A stretch of 64,000 nucleotides of DNA from contig CBDASZ010000001.1 of NCBI GenBank assembly GCA_965199755.1, positions 64,001 to 128,000 of the forward strand, given 5' to 3'. Made by a program: the position numbers and the translations under genes. Below, piece after piece: positions 62,682-64,000 of the stretch; the first letter of the stretch is position 1; each line of letters starts with the position of its first letter. Origin of the DNA: an uncultured candidatus Porisulfidus sp. GTDB taxonomy: Bacteria > Pseudomonadota > Gammaproteobacteria > Poriferisulfidales > Poriferisulfidaceae. The notes beneath the pieces are model-generated. The model saw nothing but the letters and a program-made list of their open reading frames with translations, had not been told where the DNA came from and did no database searches.

Positions 62682-63836
62682 TTACAGCGCCGTCGCCACG
62701 CCAGATACCTGATGGTACTCGTCGGTAATGGCGCGATCGCTCAGACTCGCAATGTAGTCCGCCACTGCCCGTGCGCGTCCGGCCTCGCCGCGCGCCTCTT
62801 CCTTGAGTTCCGCGACAGTGCGGACATCCTCCCCCAGCAACTCAGCCGAATCCATCAGCCGCGCGAACAATCCTTCCAGCACCTGCACCGCCTGATCGCG
62901 GGTCTGCTCCAGCTCATCGTGTTCGTAATAACTTCGGTGCAGCAAGCGTGTAACCGGTGCCAGCATCTGGCGCATCTCCGTGCCGAAGGCGGCCAGATTC
63001 TCATCCTGCGCCCGTACCTCTTCCACTGACCCCGGTGCCGCCGCGGCAATCCGCGCAGCCGTGGTCTCGACCATATCCCGCAGCATGCGGTCGATCATGC
63101 GGCGATTGGTTTCGTGCAGCAGACTGTGCCGCGACAGGTCCGGCGCGAGCTGTGAGGCTTCCTCCCAGGCCTCCCCAAACAGCGCCAGTTCGCGGACTTC
63201 CTCCAGATCCAGAAATCCCAGCCGCAGGCCGTCATCCAGATCGTGATTGGTGTAACTGACAACATCGGCCAGATCCACCACCTGCGCCTCCAGCGTCGGG
63301 CGCTCCCCGCGCAGCAGACGCTCGCCAACCGCGCCGAGGTGTTGCGCGGTGTCGCGCGAACAGCGCTTCAGCAAACCGTCGCGCGTCTCGAAGTTCAGGT
63401 TGAGTCCGCGAAATTGCGCGTATTTGTGTTCCAGTTTCTCCACCACCCGCAGCGATTGCACGTTGTGCTCGAAGCCGCCGTATTCCTTCATGCAACGGTT
63501 CAGCGCATCTTCGCCAAAATGACTGAACGGCGTGTGACCGAGATCATGCGCCAGTGCCACGGCTTCCGCCAGATCCTCATTCAGCCGTAAGTTGCGCGCC
63601 ACCATGCGCGACAGCCGTGCCACCTCAATGCTGTGGGTCAAACGGGTGCGGTAATTCCCCGGCTTGTGCGTCACCATCACCTGCGTCTTGGCTTCCAGAC
63701 AACGAAACGCCGCCGCGTGCGTGATGCGATCGCAATCGCGCTGATACGGATCCCGGCGCGGGTCCTCCGCCTCAGGATAGTGCCGCCCCAAAGAGGATGC
63801 GGCGCTGACCGCGTACGGTGCCAGCCCGTCACTCAT
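62682..63836 (-). CDS. dgt: dGTP triphosphohydrolase
   Basis: KTQV, RTRLTHS, AHDLGH, FEHN.QS, DYIA. Confidence 0.92.
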   Translation of the reverse strand: MSDGLAPYAVSAASSLGRHYPEAEDPRRDPYQRDCDRITHAAAFRCLEAKTQVMVTHKPGNYRTRLTHSIEVARLSRMVARNLRLNEDLAEAVALAHDLGHTPFSHFGEDALNRCMKEYGGFEHNVQSLRVVEKLEHKYAQFRGLNLNFETRDGLLKRCSRDTAQHLGAVGERLLRGERPTLEAQVVDLADVVSYTNHDLDDGLRLGFLDLEEVRELALFGEAWEEASQLAPDLSRHSLLHETNRRMIDRMLRDMVETTAARIAAAAPGSVEEVRAQDENLAAFGTEMRQMLAPVTRLLHRSYYEHDELEQTRDQAVQVLEGLFARLMDSAELLGEDVRTVAELKEEARGEAGRARAVADYIASLSDRAITDEYHQVSGVATAL

Positions 63837-64000
63837 GCGCCAGCGCCATAAGCCCGCAGGGTCTCTTCAAGCAATTCCATGTCCACTTGATCGGTCAGTT
63901 CCGCGTCTCCGATCGCGTGCATCAGCACGAACCGCTGACGCCCTCCCTGATTTTTCTTGTCATGCGACATGTGCGCCTTGAGACGATCCACCGTCAAATC
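63833..64000 (-). CDS. aroB: 3-dehydroquinate synthase, C-terminal end only
   Basis: MSHDKKNQGGRQRFVLMHAIGDA; ATGA overlap with the dgt start. Confidence 0.85.
   Translation of the reverse strand, partial: DLTVDRLKAHMSHDKKNQGGRQRFVLMHAIGDAELTDQVDMELLEETLRAYGAGA

Noticed and set aside
1-64000. CRISPR array, integrase, intact transposase, rRNA or dif site
   Set aside because: None recognised on reading; no regularly spaced repeats seen

Overview
GC-rich (roughly 60%) chromosomal segment of a Gammaproteobacterium-like organism, probably marine (glucosylglycerate genes, Na+/solute symporter). It is mostly densely packed housekeeping genes: valS (partial), rpmH-rnpA-yidD-yidC-mnmE, gcvH, ctpA-yajL-dksA, pgi-mpgP-gpgS, ppc, pcnB-folK/dNK-panBC-panD, the rpsB-to-lpxA cluster, glnA, yicC, hsp20, argB, an RND pump, rplM-rpsI, pstS, ilvE-hldE-waaF, glyQS-gmhB-plsC, dgt, aroB (partial) and four tRNAs. 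Several classic operons are broken, and several spacers hold eroded gene remnants. No CRISPR array, rRNA or intact mobile element was seen. Best leads: (1) a PEPCK-like protein whose Walker A strand-helix appears cut from its usual internal position and attached at the C-terminus; (2) a low-GC two-gene module beside tRNA-Pro, a 303-aa unknown protein with an antitoxin-like tail coupled to a PIN/VapC nuclease, a candidate defence system; (3) an AT-rich, Cys-bracketed insert of about 78 aa in BamA loop 4; (4) a 33-codon mini-ORF coupled at both ends between the MFP and RND genes; (5) a structured glnA leader. All family calls come from motif recognition by eye, not database searches.
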